DNA from: Gammaproteobacteria bacterium
GTDB lineage: Bacteria; Pseudomonadota; Gammaproteobacteria; CBDBNL01; JAAOII01
DNA length: 64,000 nt
Direction of reading: 5' to 3'
Assembly (NCBI GenBank): GCA_965209035.1
Contig: OZ242372.1
Location: 1,248,001 to 1,312,000, forward strand
This document shows positions 29,717-39,587 of the stretch, in pieces. Under the pieces are notes generated by a model. It was not told where the DNA came from, searched no databases, and saw nothing but the letters and a program-made list of their open reading frames with translations. Numbering within the stretch: the stretch's first letter is position 1; every line of letters begins with the position of its first letter. Made by a program: the position numbers and the translations under genes.

Positions 29717-31663
29717 TTATTCGGTGGGGACCGGCAGAATGGTCTCGTCGCCGGCTATGTTGCGCACCTTGATGCGTTTGGGCCTTGTATCACAGGTGAT
29801 TTTGCCATCCCAAGGTTCTTTTAACTGATATGGTAACTGATTTGGCGATCGTTTTTGCGACCGCTCTTTTAGATGCTCCGGCGAATTTTGCCCGGTGCGT
29901 GTGACCGTGTTGTCCGGGTTAATCACAACTTCGGCATCACTGTGCCAAGCACCCGTACTGCGCCGACAATCCACGGACACCATCTCCACAATCTCTAAGC
30001 CGCTTTCGCTCAGGCGAACGGGGGCGGGCTTTGGCTTTTTGGCATCGGCGTTTAGTTTGCGTTTTTGATTATACTCATCCAGTTTTTTGGTAACGGAATC
30101 GCTGAAGCAAGATTTCAACACAATGCGATGTTGCCGATCATCTCTCTTGGACGCCGTATACCGAAATATAATGGTATCTTCCGTGATGGTGTGGTCCAGA
30201 AGTTCCTTTAAATCTTTTAGTTCAATGTTTTTATAGGCGATGCGTGTTTGATTGTACTTGCGAATGTAATCTCTAATGTCATCCGAGTTTTGCATATCCG
30301 TGTAATAGATGATCACCTTTTCCACATCCCAATCTTCCAGTTTTGGAATCTCGTCAAACAGGATGACTTTCATAGTGGATACATCCAGCACACGCGCCGA
30401 ATGATCTGCCAGGTTCGGCAAGTAAACAGGGACCATGCCGATCTTCTTATCATGCAGCACGCCCGCCCAAAACTTGCTCATCGCGAATGGCTCGGTTGGG
30501 CGCGGACTTAATCCTTTGATCAGAGGCTTAATCTTTGCCATAGTCTGCACAGGGTTGCGAAACAGACGAACACCATCTTTAATGTCCAGAACCCGGAAAC
30601 AGGCGTTGCTTTTTTTCAGCCGATCGCGTGTGGTGTGCAAAGCATTAAAGCCGACATCCGCCGTGACAAACTTGCGCCCTAACCTGGCCGCCACTTGTGC
30701 CGTGGTGCCGCTGCCGCCAAAGAAGTCGGCAACCAGCATCCCTGCGTCGGAGGATGCTTTGATAAGGCGTTCCAAAAGTGCTTCGGGTTTTTGGGTGGGG
30801 TAGAGTGTTCTTTCTTTGGATGATCCTATGTTCACATCGGGAATGTCTTCTATGACACTGCGTGTTAACAAATATTCTCGATCATACTCTATTGTTTCAT
30901 CCAACGAGGCGATCACTCCGCCAATTTTTTGCATACGTTTTCTCTTAACCCGCTCTCCCGTCGGTTCCAACAGAGAATTGAACAGATGCTCCGTGCCTTT
31001 CGTATAAAACAATATACTATCATGCATCTTAAAAAATAATTTTTTTGTTTTATCGGGAATTTTGTTATAGCGATACCAAATGACTTCACTTTTAAAATTA
31101 CTTTCTCCAAACACCTCATCCATCAGCACCTTGACATAATGGCCGATGTGCCAGTCCAGATGCACATAGATGCTGCCGGTGTCACTCATCACCTCGCGAA
31201 TTGCGGTGAGATTCTCAAACATCCAGTTAAGATAATCGGTTTTACTCCAAAAATCCCCGTAAAACTTTTCTTCCCAGCCCGCATCGTTCGGTAACTCGGT
31301 GCCGGCCGGGCCGGTTGTTTTATCTGAACTGCGCCTGAGTGCGATCTTCTTGGCATAGTCGGCGCCACTGGCAAAGGGCGGGTCAATATAAACCAGGTCC
31401 GGCCGGATGTTCCGCTCTTTGAGGTGGGCACAGGTATGCAGGGCATCGCCGCGAACAACCAGGTTTTCGGACTTGGCACCCACCCGCTCTGTTTCCGCGA
31501 GGTCGTAGTAGGGCAGGCCGCGCGCGATGCGCGGCGACAAGTTGTCGTCCCCTTGGTAGACCAACGCCCGCTGACTGCGGGCAATATTGCGTAATAACGC
31601 TTGTTCCCGCAAGGGATTGGCGGCATAGGGAATGTATTTAATCGGCATTTCTTTCTTCGCCAA
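29717..31663 (-). CDS. Type III-like R-M methyltransferase (Mod, beta class)
   Basis: YIDPPF, GSIYVHLDWH, YPTQKPE.LL.R, DFFGGSGTT. Confidence 0.9.
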   Translation of the reverse strand: MAKKEMPIKYIPYAANPLREQALLRNIARSQRALVYQGDDNLSPRIARGLPYYDLAETERVGAKSENLVVRGDALHTCAHLKERNIRPDLVYIDPPFASGADYAKKIALRRSSDKTTGPAGTELPNDAGWEEKFYGDFWSKTDYLNWMFENLTAIREVMSDTGSIYVHLDWHIGHYVKVLMDEVFGESNFKSEVIWYRYNKIPDKTKKLFFKMHDSILFYTKGTEHLFNSLLEPTGERVKRKRMQKIGGVIASLDETIEYDREYLLTRSVIEDIPDVNIGSSKERTLYPTQKPEALLERLIKASSDAGMLVADFFGGSGTTAQVAARLGRKFVTADVGFNALHTTRDRLKKSNACFRVLDIKDGVRLFRNPVQTMAKIKPLIKGLSPRPTEPFAMSKFWAGVLHDKKIGMVPVYLPNLADHSARVLDVSTMKVILFDEIPKLEDWDVEKVIIYYTDMQNSDDIRDYIRKYNQTRIAYKNIELKDLKELLDHTITEDTIIFRYTASKRDDRQHRIVLKSCFSDSVTKKLDEYNQKRKLNADAKKPKPAPVRLSESGLEIVEMVSVDCRRSTGAWHSDAEVVINPDNTVTRTGQNSPEHLKERSQKRSPNQLPYQLKEPWDGKITCDTRPKRIKVRNIAGDETILPVPTE

Positions 31664-34484
31664 AAAAGAGATTCAACCGGTCGTCGATCCTTTGAATATT
31701 GTTTTCCATAGGAACATTATCCTCCAGATAAAGAAAATCAAACTTGGCATAGTTGAACTTTGCGTTGTTCCGGCAAACAAACTCGTTTTCAATATATTGT
31801 TTTCGCTCCGCAAACTGATGTTTGAAACCATGCCCCTTGGTCTCCACCAGCATCGCCTTGTGAATCTTCTTCTTTTTACGCTTGATGATGAGGAAGTCGG
31901 TTGTGTAACGCCCGAGATTCTTCCAGCCGCCGTTTTGCTTGCCGTAACAGTTAATCACAAACTCAGTCAGGCGGCGCGCGCCCTGATAGTAAACCTCCAG
32001 TTTTTTGTCATCAAAGGTTTGTAATCTTAAAACACTGGCTAAGAATTCCCGTTCAAAATTGCTTGGCGTGAAGTCGTAGGGCAAATAATGAAATGTCTTG
32101 TCTTTGTTATTCACCGCGGCAGTTCGCTGCTCCGGCGCCTGTAGCATATCCGGGCTTAACCCCCGTCGTATTAATACCTGCTGCGCTTTTTTAAAATCCT
32201 CCAATTCCTGTTCAAAAGTTGAATAGTCTTTGTCCAATTTCAAAATCCGCTTCACTTCTTCTGCGCCGGGGTAAAGGGCGGGGGATTTTTTGACAGGAGT
32301 CAATTGTTCTACTCGCAGCAGGGTGGCTTGCTCCGGCACAGTTTCCGTTTTTTCCCACAGTGTATGACGAATATGAAAGCACAGCCGCACCCGACTGCGA
32401 ATCTGTTCCAAAAAATAGGTTTCGTTCCATAAGCGTGTGCCGTCCTCTTCGCTTTCATATGTAATGGCTTTATAAATCCCTCTTAATAATTCTCGGTGTT
32501 TTAATAGTTGTGCAATGTCGACTGTGGAAAAACTTTCCAGACTGATTTGCAACAGCCAATGGTTAAATATCGCCGGCTCTTCGCCCTTGGTTCTTATCAC
32601 CTCGCGAACCCCCGTGCCGAGATCATCCAAGCCGGTTTTGGTGATACTAAAAAAATTGCGCATCTGTGACAGGTTGTGGCCCAAGTCCAGGAGTTTGCTT
32701 TTTGTATCCGCGCTTTTTTCTTTTTCTATCCAAACATAGTACATTTTCAACTGATAAAAATCAATTCCCGGTTGCAGTTGCAAATGCTCCACACGCGCAT
32801 GACGGGGCGTTTTCTCGGCCGGCAGCTCCCCCGGCTTTTCAATCTCCTCAATAGTGGTGTTCTGTTGTTGTTTCAGTTGGCTTTCAAGCAGCCGGGCGTT
32901 GCCCTCATTCAACCAAATCAGGGCGGTTGCCTGCCCCGCCCCCGCCTGCCGCAGACATCTGCAACAGGTTTGCAACACCATATTCTTTTTACAGTCGCCT
33001 TCCTGCGACAGAATGACGCAAGTTAAACTGCGACAGTCCCACCCCTCTCTGCCGATGCCGACCAACAAAATATAGCGATGGGGCGAGGCGGGTGTGTCCA
33101 GCGCGCGAAAAGCGGCATCGCTCTCCGCTATGGCGGGATATTGTTTATTGCCGCGATGATAACGCAGGACTTCACTTTCGCGCAGGCCTAATTCGCCGGT
33201 TAATAACGGATACACTTCTTTTTCCAAAACTTCTATGGTGGGGCAGTAGATCGCCAGTTTGGCGATGCCCGCTGCCGGATATACTTTGTCGCCGTACTCG
33301 CGGCGGAACTCTTCAACACCGCGCCGAATGATTTCCGAGCGATCCAAATTCAATGCTCGGCGCACAATCGGCTGCTTCAAAAAATGACGCACCCCCTCCA
33401 ACAGAGAATAGTAGTACACCGTATTACTAATTTGCCCCATACGAAACCCGACGGTTTCACTCACCCGGACATTGTCTTTTTCCTCCAAATAAGGAGTTCC
33501 CGAAAATCCCAGAACAACGGTAATCTGCGATGCGCGATGATCGCACCAGCCGTTCACCACCTGACGCAGTTTGATATCACTGTCGGTTGCATGATGCACC
33601 TCGTCTATGAAGATAGCCAGCCTCGGTAACTTGCCAATATATTCGCGCAACTCATTGGCATTGGCAAGTTCCGCCGGAAACAAGTTTTTTTGGCCGTTCA
33701 TCCTGTTCAGAATCACCTTCTCCGCATTCACCACAAAGATATGATTAAAAGAGGAACGCAAGGCATTCGCCACCTTGACTGCGTTGGGGTTCTCGGTGCG
33801 CATGCTTTTTTTCTTTGACTTGCTTTCATCGAGCACAACAAACTTAATGTTGGACTTGATCCGCTTGGCAATATCCGCCGGCAAAACCCATTCCGGATCA
33901 AACGCATCTATAGTACGCAGGCTGGGACCGATGGAAGATTTTTGCGCATTGGGAATTAGAATCAGAAAGTTTTGTGCCAAATCTTTGTCATCCGGACTCG
34001 CTTCCGCCAGATACAAATCCAAGTAAATCAATGCCGCCATTAAATAGGTTTTGCCCGCCCCCATAGGCAAACTCATCAGATAGTCCGGATAGGCAACCCC
34101 ATAAAACATATCGCGAATGATTTGTTTGTAGTTCAATTTTTTTTGCTCCCGTATGATTGCCTGCTTCACCTCTTCCAGTTTGGCGGTATGCGCGTAGTTA
34201 AACAGAGAATGGGCGAGGCGATTACTTCGAAGAAATTTTCGTGCCGGCACATTGATATCCAGTTCGTCCAAGTTCAATTCTTCACAAAAAAAGCCCTCAC
34301 CAAATAAGTCTTTAAGTGGCTTGTTTTCCCCCATTATCTTTAAATACAAATAGGTTTCTATGGCTTCTATTTGCGGTTCCCGCAGGGCGCCGCGTTTGCG
34401 TATATAATCCAAAACACCTCGCATACTGCATCTTTCGGACTGACACCACTGACGGGCTTTCTTGGCGATGATGGTATGCAGCAT
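31638..34484 (-). CDS. Type III-like restriction subunit (SF2 helicase plus PD-(D/E)xK nuclease)
   Basis: LREPQ, PMGAGKT, IDEVHH, GFSGTP, REGWD, C-terminal YTTDF...VETKG; overlaps the mod start. Confidence 0.85.
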   Translation of the reverse strand: MLHTIIAKKARQWCQSERCSMRGVLDYIRKRGALREPQIEAIETYLYLKIMGENKPLKDLFGEGFFCEELNLDELDINVPARKFLRSNRLAHSLFNYAHTAKLEEVKQAIIREQKKLNYKQIIRDMFYGVAYPDYLMSLPMGAGKTYLMAALIYLDLYLAEASPDDKDLAQNFLILIPNAQKSSIGPSLRTIDAFDPEWVLPADIAKRIKSNIKFVVLDESKSKKKSMRTENPNAVKVANALRSSFNHIFVVNAEKVILNRMNGQKNLFPAELANANELREYIGKLPRLAIFIDEVHHATDSDIKLRQVVNGWCDHRASQITVVLGFSGTPYLEEKDNVRVSETVGFRMGQISNTVYYYSLLEGVRHFLKQPIVRRALNLDRSEIIRRGVEEFRREYGDKVYPAAGIAKLAIYCPTIEVLEKEVYPLLTGELGLRESEVLRYHRGNKQYPAIAESDAAFRALDTPASPHRYILLVGIGREGWDCRSLTCVILSQEGDCKKNMVLQTCCRCLRQAGAGQATALIWLNEGNARLLESQLKQQQNTTIEEIEKPGELPAEKTPRHARVEHLQLQPGIDFYQLKMYYVWIEKEKSADTKSKLLDLGHNLSQMRNFFSITKTGLDDLGTGVREVIRTKGEEPAIFNHWLLQISLESFSTVDIAQLLKHRELLRGIYKAITYESEEDGTRLWNETYFLEQIRSRVRLCFHIRHTLWEKTETVPEQATLLRVEQLTPVKKSPALYPGAEEVKRILKLDKDYSTFEQELEDFKKAQQVLIRRGLSPDMLQAPEQRTAAVNNKDKTFHYLPYDFTPSNFEREFLASVLRLQTFDDKKLEVYYQGARRLTEFVINCYGKQNGGWKNLGRYTTDFLIIKRKKKKIHKAMLVETKGHGFKHQFAERKQYIENEFVCRNNAKFNYAKFDFLYLEDNVPMENNIQRIDDRLNLFFGEERNAD

Positions 34485-34750
34485 TTGTTTGTATTTTGCG
34501 TTTTTTATTATTATATGGCTGAACTCTCTCGGGACTGTTTGTGTTGGACGAATTCCCCTCGGGCAAACCGCATCGGGATCCTCTGCTGGCTATTGAATGC
34601 CCGGGCGAGGTACATAAAATGATAAGCATAATGAGTTATCAGTCAATGGGGGATCACTTGGTGGGGAATCACTCGGTATCGGGTGAAGGTGCATAACAAG
34701 GGTTTGGGAAAAACCAAAAGCAACATTGGGGTGCAAGGGGTGCAGTCTCT

Positions 34751-35839
34751 GTGACAGAAATTCTTTGGGGGCTTGGTCTTGAGATTACCTTATCCCTGCT
34801 GGTCGGTGCTGGTGCCATCATGGTTGGTATTGGCAGTATCATTGCCGCTTATCGGATCAGTCGGGCACATTTTCAAGCCAACCGGGAAGCGATTTTTAAT
34901 CAGGCCGTTACCCATCTCGGCAACACGGATTCTGCGTCCGCCCGCCTGGGGGGTATCTATGGTCTCTATAACCTACTGGATCTGGAACCGAAGCGACTGC
35001 GGAGCGTTGCCGAAATCCTCTGTGCCCATCTGAGAGAAACCACTCAAGAAAAAGAATACATAAAAAAATATGAGAAAATCCCTTCCAACGAGGTGCAGTC
35101 TCTGTTGAATGTCCTCAGTGAAATCAACAAGAAGTTCAAACGCCCGGATCCGGACATTCCTCTTTTGGATCTGTCCAAGGCTTATCTGTTCGGGGCGAAT
35201 CTGGATAATATGGATCTGCGAGGGGCAAACTTATGGCGTGCCCAGTTGCAAGAGGTAAGCTTACTGGGCACCCGGTTGCAAGGAGCATGCTTACTCTATG
35301 CTCAATTACAAGGAGCACACTTATGGAATACCCAATTGCAAGGAGCAAACTTATGGAATACCCAATTGCAAGGAGCAAACTTATGGAATGCCCAATTGCA
35401 AGGAGTAAGCTTATGGCATGCCAAATTGCAAGGGGCAAACTTACAAGGTGCCCAATTGCAAGGAGCAGACTTACAGGGTGCCCAATTGCAAGGAGCATTT
35501 TCCAAAAAAGCTATGGTTGGAAAGGATGATAACTTGGAAGAAAGAATCAATCAGGTCCGGGGGAAGGACACCTCCCTCGAAACCACACTCTTTAGCGGCG
35601 GGATTGAGAAGAGCGAATTAGATAAAATTGAATCAAACTTAAAAAAATACGGGGCCCCTCGTCAGGAAGTGCGGGAGATCATAGATCGCATCAGACCCCA
35701 TGTAGGAAAGGACGCAAATTATACCTTGCCACCAAAGTCCGGGGCAACCACAGGCGTTCTGACAAATGCAATGGCGGACAAGATTATTGCTGACTACAAA
35801 AAATCACTGCAACCCGATTTAAGCGGCTCTGTTCAATAA
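34751..35839 (+). CDS. Membrane-anchored pentapeptide-repeat protein, paralog 1
   Basis: N-terminal TM, FNQAV.HLG..ARLGGIYGL..ILCAHLR domain, nine 30-bp (A-x-L-x-x-A-Q-L-Q-G) units at 35221-35490. Confidence 0.88.
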   Translation: MTEILWGLGLEITLSLLVGAGAIMVGIGSIIAAYRISRAHFQANREAIFNQAVTHLGNTDSASARLGGIYGLYNLLDLEPKRLRSVAEILCAHLRETTQEKEYIKKYEKIPSNEVQSLLNVLSEINKKFKRPDPDIPLLDLSKAYLFGANLDNMDLRGANLWRAQLQEVSLLGTRLQGACLLYAQLQGAHLWNTQLQGANLWNTQLQGANLWNAQLQGVSLWHAKLQGANLQGAQLQGADLQGAQLQGAFSKKAMVGKDDNLEERINQVRGKDTSLETTLFSGGIEKSELDKIESNLKKYGAPRQEVREIIDRIRPHVGKDANYTLPPKSGATTGVLTNAMADKIIADYKKSLQPDLSGSVQ

Positions 35840-36096
35840 CAAACACTAAGCGCAAGAGGGCAAAGACTCAAGGACTGATCTGTCCGAAAACTGCCCGCAA
35901 ACTCTTATAGACCAAAATCTTTAATTAAGAACTTTCTTTAAGGAAGTTTCCGAAAGTCGCGATGACCGGGACTTGGCGAGTGCCCCTCGGGCGGATCGCC
36001 ATCGGGATCCTCTGCCGGCTATTGAATGCTCGGACGATGCACATACAATGATAAACATAATGAGTTATCAGTCAATTCATCCGGGATACTTGGGGA

Positions 36097-37308
36097 ATGC
36101 TTGAGGATAAAGGTTTCAGAAAAACCAAAAACAACATCGGGGTGATTGCCAAGACACAAACCCGGTGGTTTGTCATATTTGGCCTGGCCGGAGTCGGCGG
36201 TATTATTGTCGGCTTGTATGTCGATCTTCCGGGCATTCAACGATACCTTGAATCCAACGAAGTACAGGTTCAATCCAACAAGGCACAGGTTCAATCCGAC
36301 AAGATACAAATTCAATCTAACCAAGAAGCGTTTAATCAAGCTATCACCCATCTCGGCAACACGGCTTCTGCATCCGCCCGCTTGGGAGGTGTTTATGGTC
36401 TTTATGACTTATTGAATCTGGAACCGGAGCGGCTGCCGAGCATTGTCGATATCCTCTGTTTCCATCTGAGAGAAACCACTCAGCAAGAAAAATACATAAA
36501 TGAATATGAGAAAAATCCTTCCAACGAGGTGCAGTCTCTGTTGAATATCCTCGGTCGCATCAACAAGGAGTTCAATCGCTCGGATCCGGACATCCCCCTT
36601 TTGGATCTGTCCGAGGCTTATCTAGTCGGGGCGAATCTGAAGGATCTGGATCTACACGGAGCAAACTTACATTTTGTCCGGTTGCAAGGAGCAAGCTTAT
36701 GGGATGCCCAATTGCAAGGAGCAGACTTACGGGGTGCTCAATTGCAAGGAGCAGGCTTATTCGGTGCCCGGTTGCAAGGAGCAAACTTACATTTTGCCCG
36801 GTTGCAAGGAGCAGACTTATTCGGTGCCCAATTGCAAGGAGCAGACTTATGGTATGCCTGGTTGCAAGGAGCACGCTTACGGTATGCCCGGTTGCAAGGA
36901 GCAGACTTATCCGGTGTCCAATTGCAAGGAGCAGACTTACGGGATGTCCAATTGCAAGGAGCATTTTCTGAAAAAAATTATAGACGGAAGGGAAATAACT
37001 TAGAAGAAAGAATCAATCGGGTCCGAGGGAAAGAGACCTCCCTCAATAGCACACTCTTCGGCGGCAGGATTAAGAAGAGCGAATTAAACGAAATTGAATC
37101 AAACTTAAAAGAATACGGGACCCCTGGTCAGGAAGTGCGGAAGGTCATAGATCGCATAAAACATCATGTGGGAAAGGACGCCAATTATATCTTGCCGCCA
37201 AAGTCCGGGGCAATCACAGGCACTCTGACAGATGAAATGGTGGACGAGATTATTGCTGATTACAAAGAATCCTTGAAACTCGAGTTTATAAACCCTGAAA
37301 TTCAATGA
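36097..37308 (+). CDS. Membrane-anchored pentapeptide-repeat protein, paralog 2
   Basis: Same architecture, ten 30-bp units at 36661-36960; upstream and downstream flanks also duplicated. Confidence 0.9.
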   Translation: MLEDKGFRKTKNNIGVIAKTQTRWFVIFGLAGVGGIIVGLYVDLPGIQRYLESNEVQVQSNKAQVQSDKIQIQSNQEAFNQAITHLGNTASASARLGGVYGLYDLLNLEPERLPSIVDILCFHLRETTQQEKYINEYEKNPSNEVQSLLNILGRINKEFNRSDPDIPLLDLSEAYLVGANLKDLDLHGANLHFVRLQGASLWDAQLQGADLRGAQLQGAGLFGARLQGANLHFARLQGADLFGAQLQGADLWYAWLQGARLRYARLQGADLSGVQLQGADLRDVQLQGAFSEKNYRRKGNNLEERINRVRGKETSLNSTLFGGRIKKSELNEIESNLKEYGTPGQEVRKVIDRIKHHVGKDANYILPPKSGAITGTLTDEMVDEIIADYKESLKLEFINPEIQ

Positions 37309-37420
37309 CAAACATTAAGTGCAAGAGAGCAAAGACTTAAGGACTGATCTGTCCGAAAACTGCTCGCAGACCCTTATCAATTAAGAACCTTTAAAGAAGG
37401 ATCCGAAGTCCGGTGATAGT

Positions 37421-37490
37421 GCTGAACTCTATTGGGACTGTTCGTGCTATCGGAGTCCCGCTCGCCAACACAGAGATATCCGCGCCGGCA
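37421..37490 (+). repeat. Composite right boundary of the island
   Basis: 37421-37448 resembles 34518-34545 (gctgaactct...gggactgtt.gtg); 37451-37490 matches 27427-27466. Confidence 0.8.
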
Positions 37491-37838
37491 CATTCTTCTA
37501 TTTTCCCCTCGCAATTTTTGTGTTCGGTTGAAAAAACAGACAAAACAAGGGAACACCCGCCCGGATTTTATGCTAATATAAAAGTAAGTCGGCGCTTATC
37601 GGTGCCGATGGCCGGCGAGACCTACCGGGCTCAACGGATTGATCGCAAACGACGTGCTTATCGGCCGTTTGGCGGGATCATTCTGTTCCGTTTCTCGGAA
37701 ATTCTCCCGATATGATGAGTTGTAATTACTTATCATTAAAGACGCTTTAAAAGACGCTTTGGATCCGCGCACACAGATGCGCCTGTCCCAAGCGATAAGT
37801 ATAAGTTGAAGAACTGAAATTGTTCATTAGTTAATGAA

Positions 37839-39587
37839 ATGAAGAAAGAAACGGACAAGTTATCCGGCGGCGAACTGCTGATGCGCGCACTTGCGGACGA
37901 AGGGGTCAAATATATATTCGGTTACCCCGGCGGCGCATCCCTGCATATTTACGATGCGATTTTCCGGCAGGAAATCGTCCAGCATATTCTGGTGCGGCAC
38001 GAACAGGCCGCAACCCACATGGCGGACGGCTATGCGCGCGCCACCGGTGAGGCGGGCGTGGTGCTGGTGACTTCCGGCCCCGGCGCAACCAACGCGATCA
38101 CGGGCATCGCCACGGCCTATATGGATTCCATCCCGATGGTGGTCATCTCCGGTCAGGTCGCTTCCGGCTTGGTGGGGCAGGATGCGTTTCAGGAAACCGA
38201 CATGCTTGGTGTTTCCCGCCCCGTGGTCAAACACAATTTTATTGTTCAGGACACGCGCGACATTCCGCGCATCATTAAGCAGGCGTTTTACTTGGCGCGC
38301 AGCGGCCGACCGGGACCGGTGGTGGTTGACATCCCGAAGGACAAAACAGATCCGCATCAAAAATTCGCTTACAACTATCCGGAGCGGATCGCGATGCGCT
38401 CCTACAACCCGGTTCGGGAAGGGCATGCCGGCCAGGTGCGTAAGACCGTGAGCGCTCTTTTGGCCGCCAAGCGACCGGTGCTTTATGCGGGCGGCGGCAT
38501 TATTCTGGATCGGGCTTCGGATGAACTGCGCGAACTGACGGATACGATGGATCTGCCGATCACCAATACTCTGATGGGGCTGGGTGCTTATCCCGGCGAT
38601 GCCGAGCGTTTCCTGGGGATGTTGGGAATGCACGGCACCTATGCGGCCAACACGGCCATGCACAACAGCGATTTCATTTTGGCGTTGGGCGCGCGTTTTG
38701 ATGACAGGGTGACGAATAACACCGCTCTTTTTTGTCCGCACGCGCTGATCGCCCATGTGGACATAGATGCGGCAAACATTTCCAAAACCATTAATGCTCA
38801 TATCCCCATTGTGGGCCCGGTAAAGCGGGTGCTGCGGCAGATTCTGACGGAGTTGGAACAAAGAAAAGCCAAGCCGGCAAAGAGCGAGCGCGCCGCCTGG
38901 TGGAAACAGATCAACGATTGGCGGCGGCAGGCGCCTTTGGGTTACGAACCCGCCAAAAAGGGCGCGCTGATGAAACCGCAACAGGTGGTGGAAGCCCTGT
39001 ATGAAACCACCAAGGAGATGGATCCGTTTGTGACATCCGATGTGGGACAGCACCAGATGTTTGTCGCCCAGTATTACAAGTTTGCCAAGCCGAATCGTTG
39101 GATTAATTCCGGCGGCCTCGGCACCATGGGATTTGGTTTTCCCGCTGCCATGGGCATCCGCTTTGCTTATCCGGACAAGCCGCTGATTTGCGTTACCGGC
39201 GAAGGCAGTATTCAGATGTGCATTCAGGAGATGTCCACCTGTCGCCAGTATTCCATTCCGGTGAAAATTGTTAACATCAACAACCAAGCGTTGGGTATGG
39301 TGCGCCAGTGGCAGGATATGCAATACGGGGGCAGGCATGCGCATTCTTATATGGACTCCTTGCCGGATTTTATCAAACTTGCCGAAGCTTACGGACACAA
39401 AGGGATCCGGGTCACCAAGCCGTCCGAACTTGTGCCGGCATTCAAAAAAGCATTCGGCGAATACGCCAAGGAGTTGGTGTTTTTGGATATTTATGTGGAC
39501 CCGTCCGAGCATGTTTATCCGATGCACATTAAGGATCACGCCATCAACGAAATGTGGCTTAGCAAAACCAAGAGGACCGACCAATGA
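37839..39587 (+). CDS. ilvI: Acetolactate synthase large subunit
   Basis: FGYPGGA, VRHEQAA, TSGPGATN, GMLGMHG, DVGQHQM, SGGLGTMG, GMVRQWQ. Confidence 0.95.
   Translation: MKKETDKLSGGELLMRALADEGVKYIFGYPGGASLHIYDAIFRQEIVQHILVRHEQAATHMADGYARATGEAGVVLVTSGPGATNAITGIATAYMDSIPMVVISGQVASGLVGQDAFQETDMLGVSRPVVKHNFIVQDTRDIPRIIKQAFYLARSGRPGPVVVDIPKDKTDPHQKFAYNYPERIAMRSYNPVREGHAGQVRKTVSALLAAKRPVLYAGGGIILDRASDELRELTDTMDLPITNTLMGLGAYPGDAERFLGMLGMHGTYAANTAMHNSDFILALGARFDDRVTNNTALFCPHALIAHVDIDAANISKTINAHIPIVGPVKRVLRQILTELEQRKAKPAKSERAAWWKQINDWRRQAPLGYEPAKKGALMKPQQVVEALYETTKEMDPFVTSDVGQHQMFVAQYYKFAKPNRWINSGGLGTMGFGFPAAMGIRFAYPDKPLICVTGEGSIQMCIQEMSTCRQYSIPVKIVNINNQALGMVRQWQDMQYGGRHAHSYMDSLPDFIKLAEAYGHKGIRVTKPSELVPAFKKAFGEYAKELVFLDIYVDPSEHVYPMHIKDHAINEMWLSKTKRTDQ

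Noticed and set aside
35136-37003. Alternative-frame repeat ORFs over the pentapeptide genes
   Set aside because: By-products of the 30-bp periodicity.
37860-39584. 574-aa antisense ORF opposite ilvI
   Set aside because: In-register shadow of a conserved gene; no recognisable motifs.
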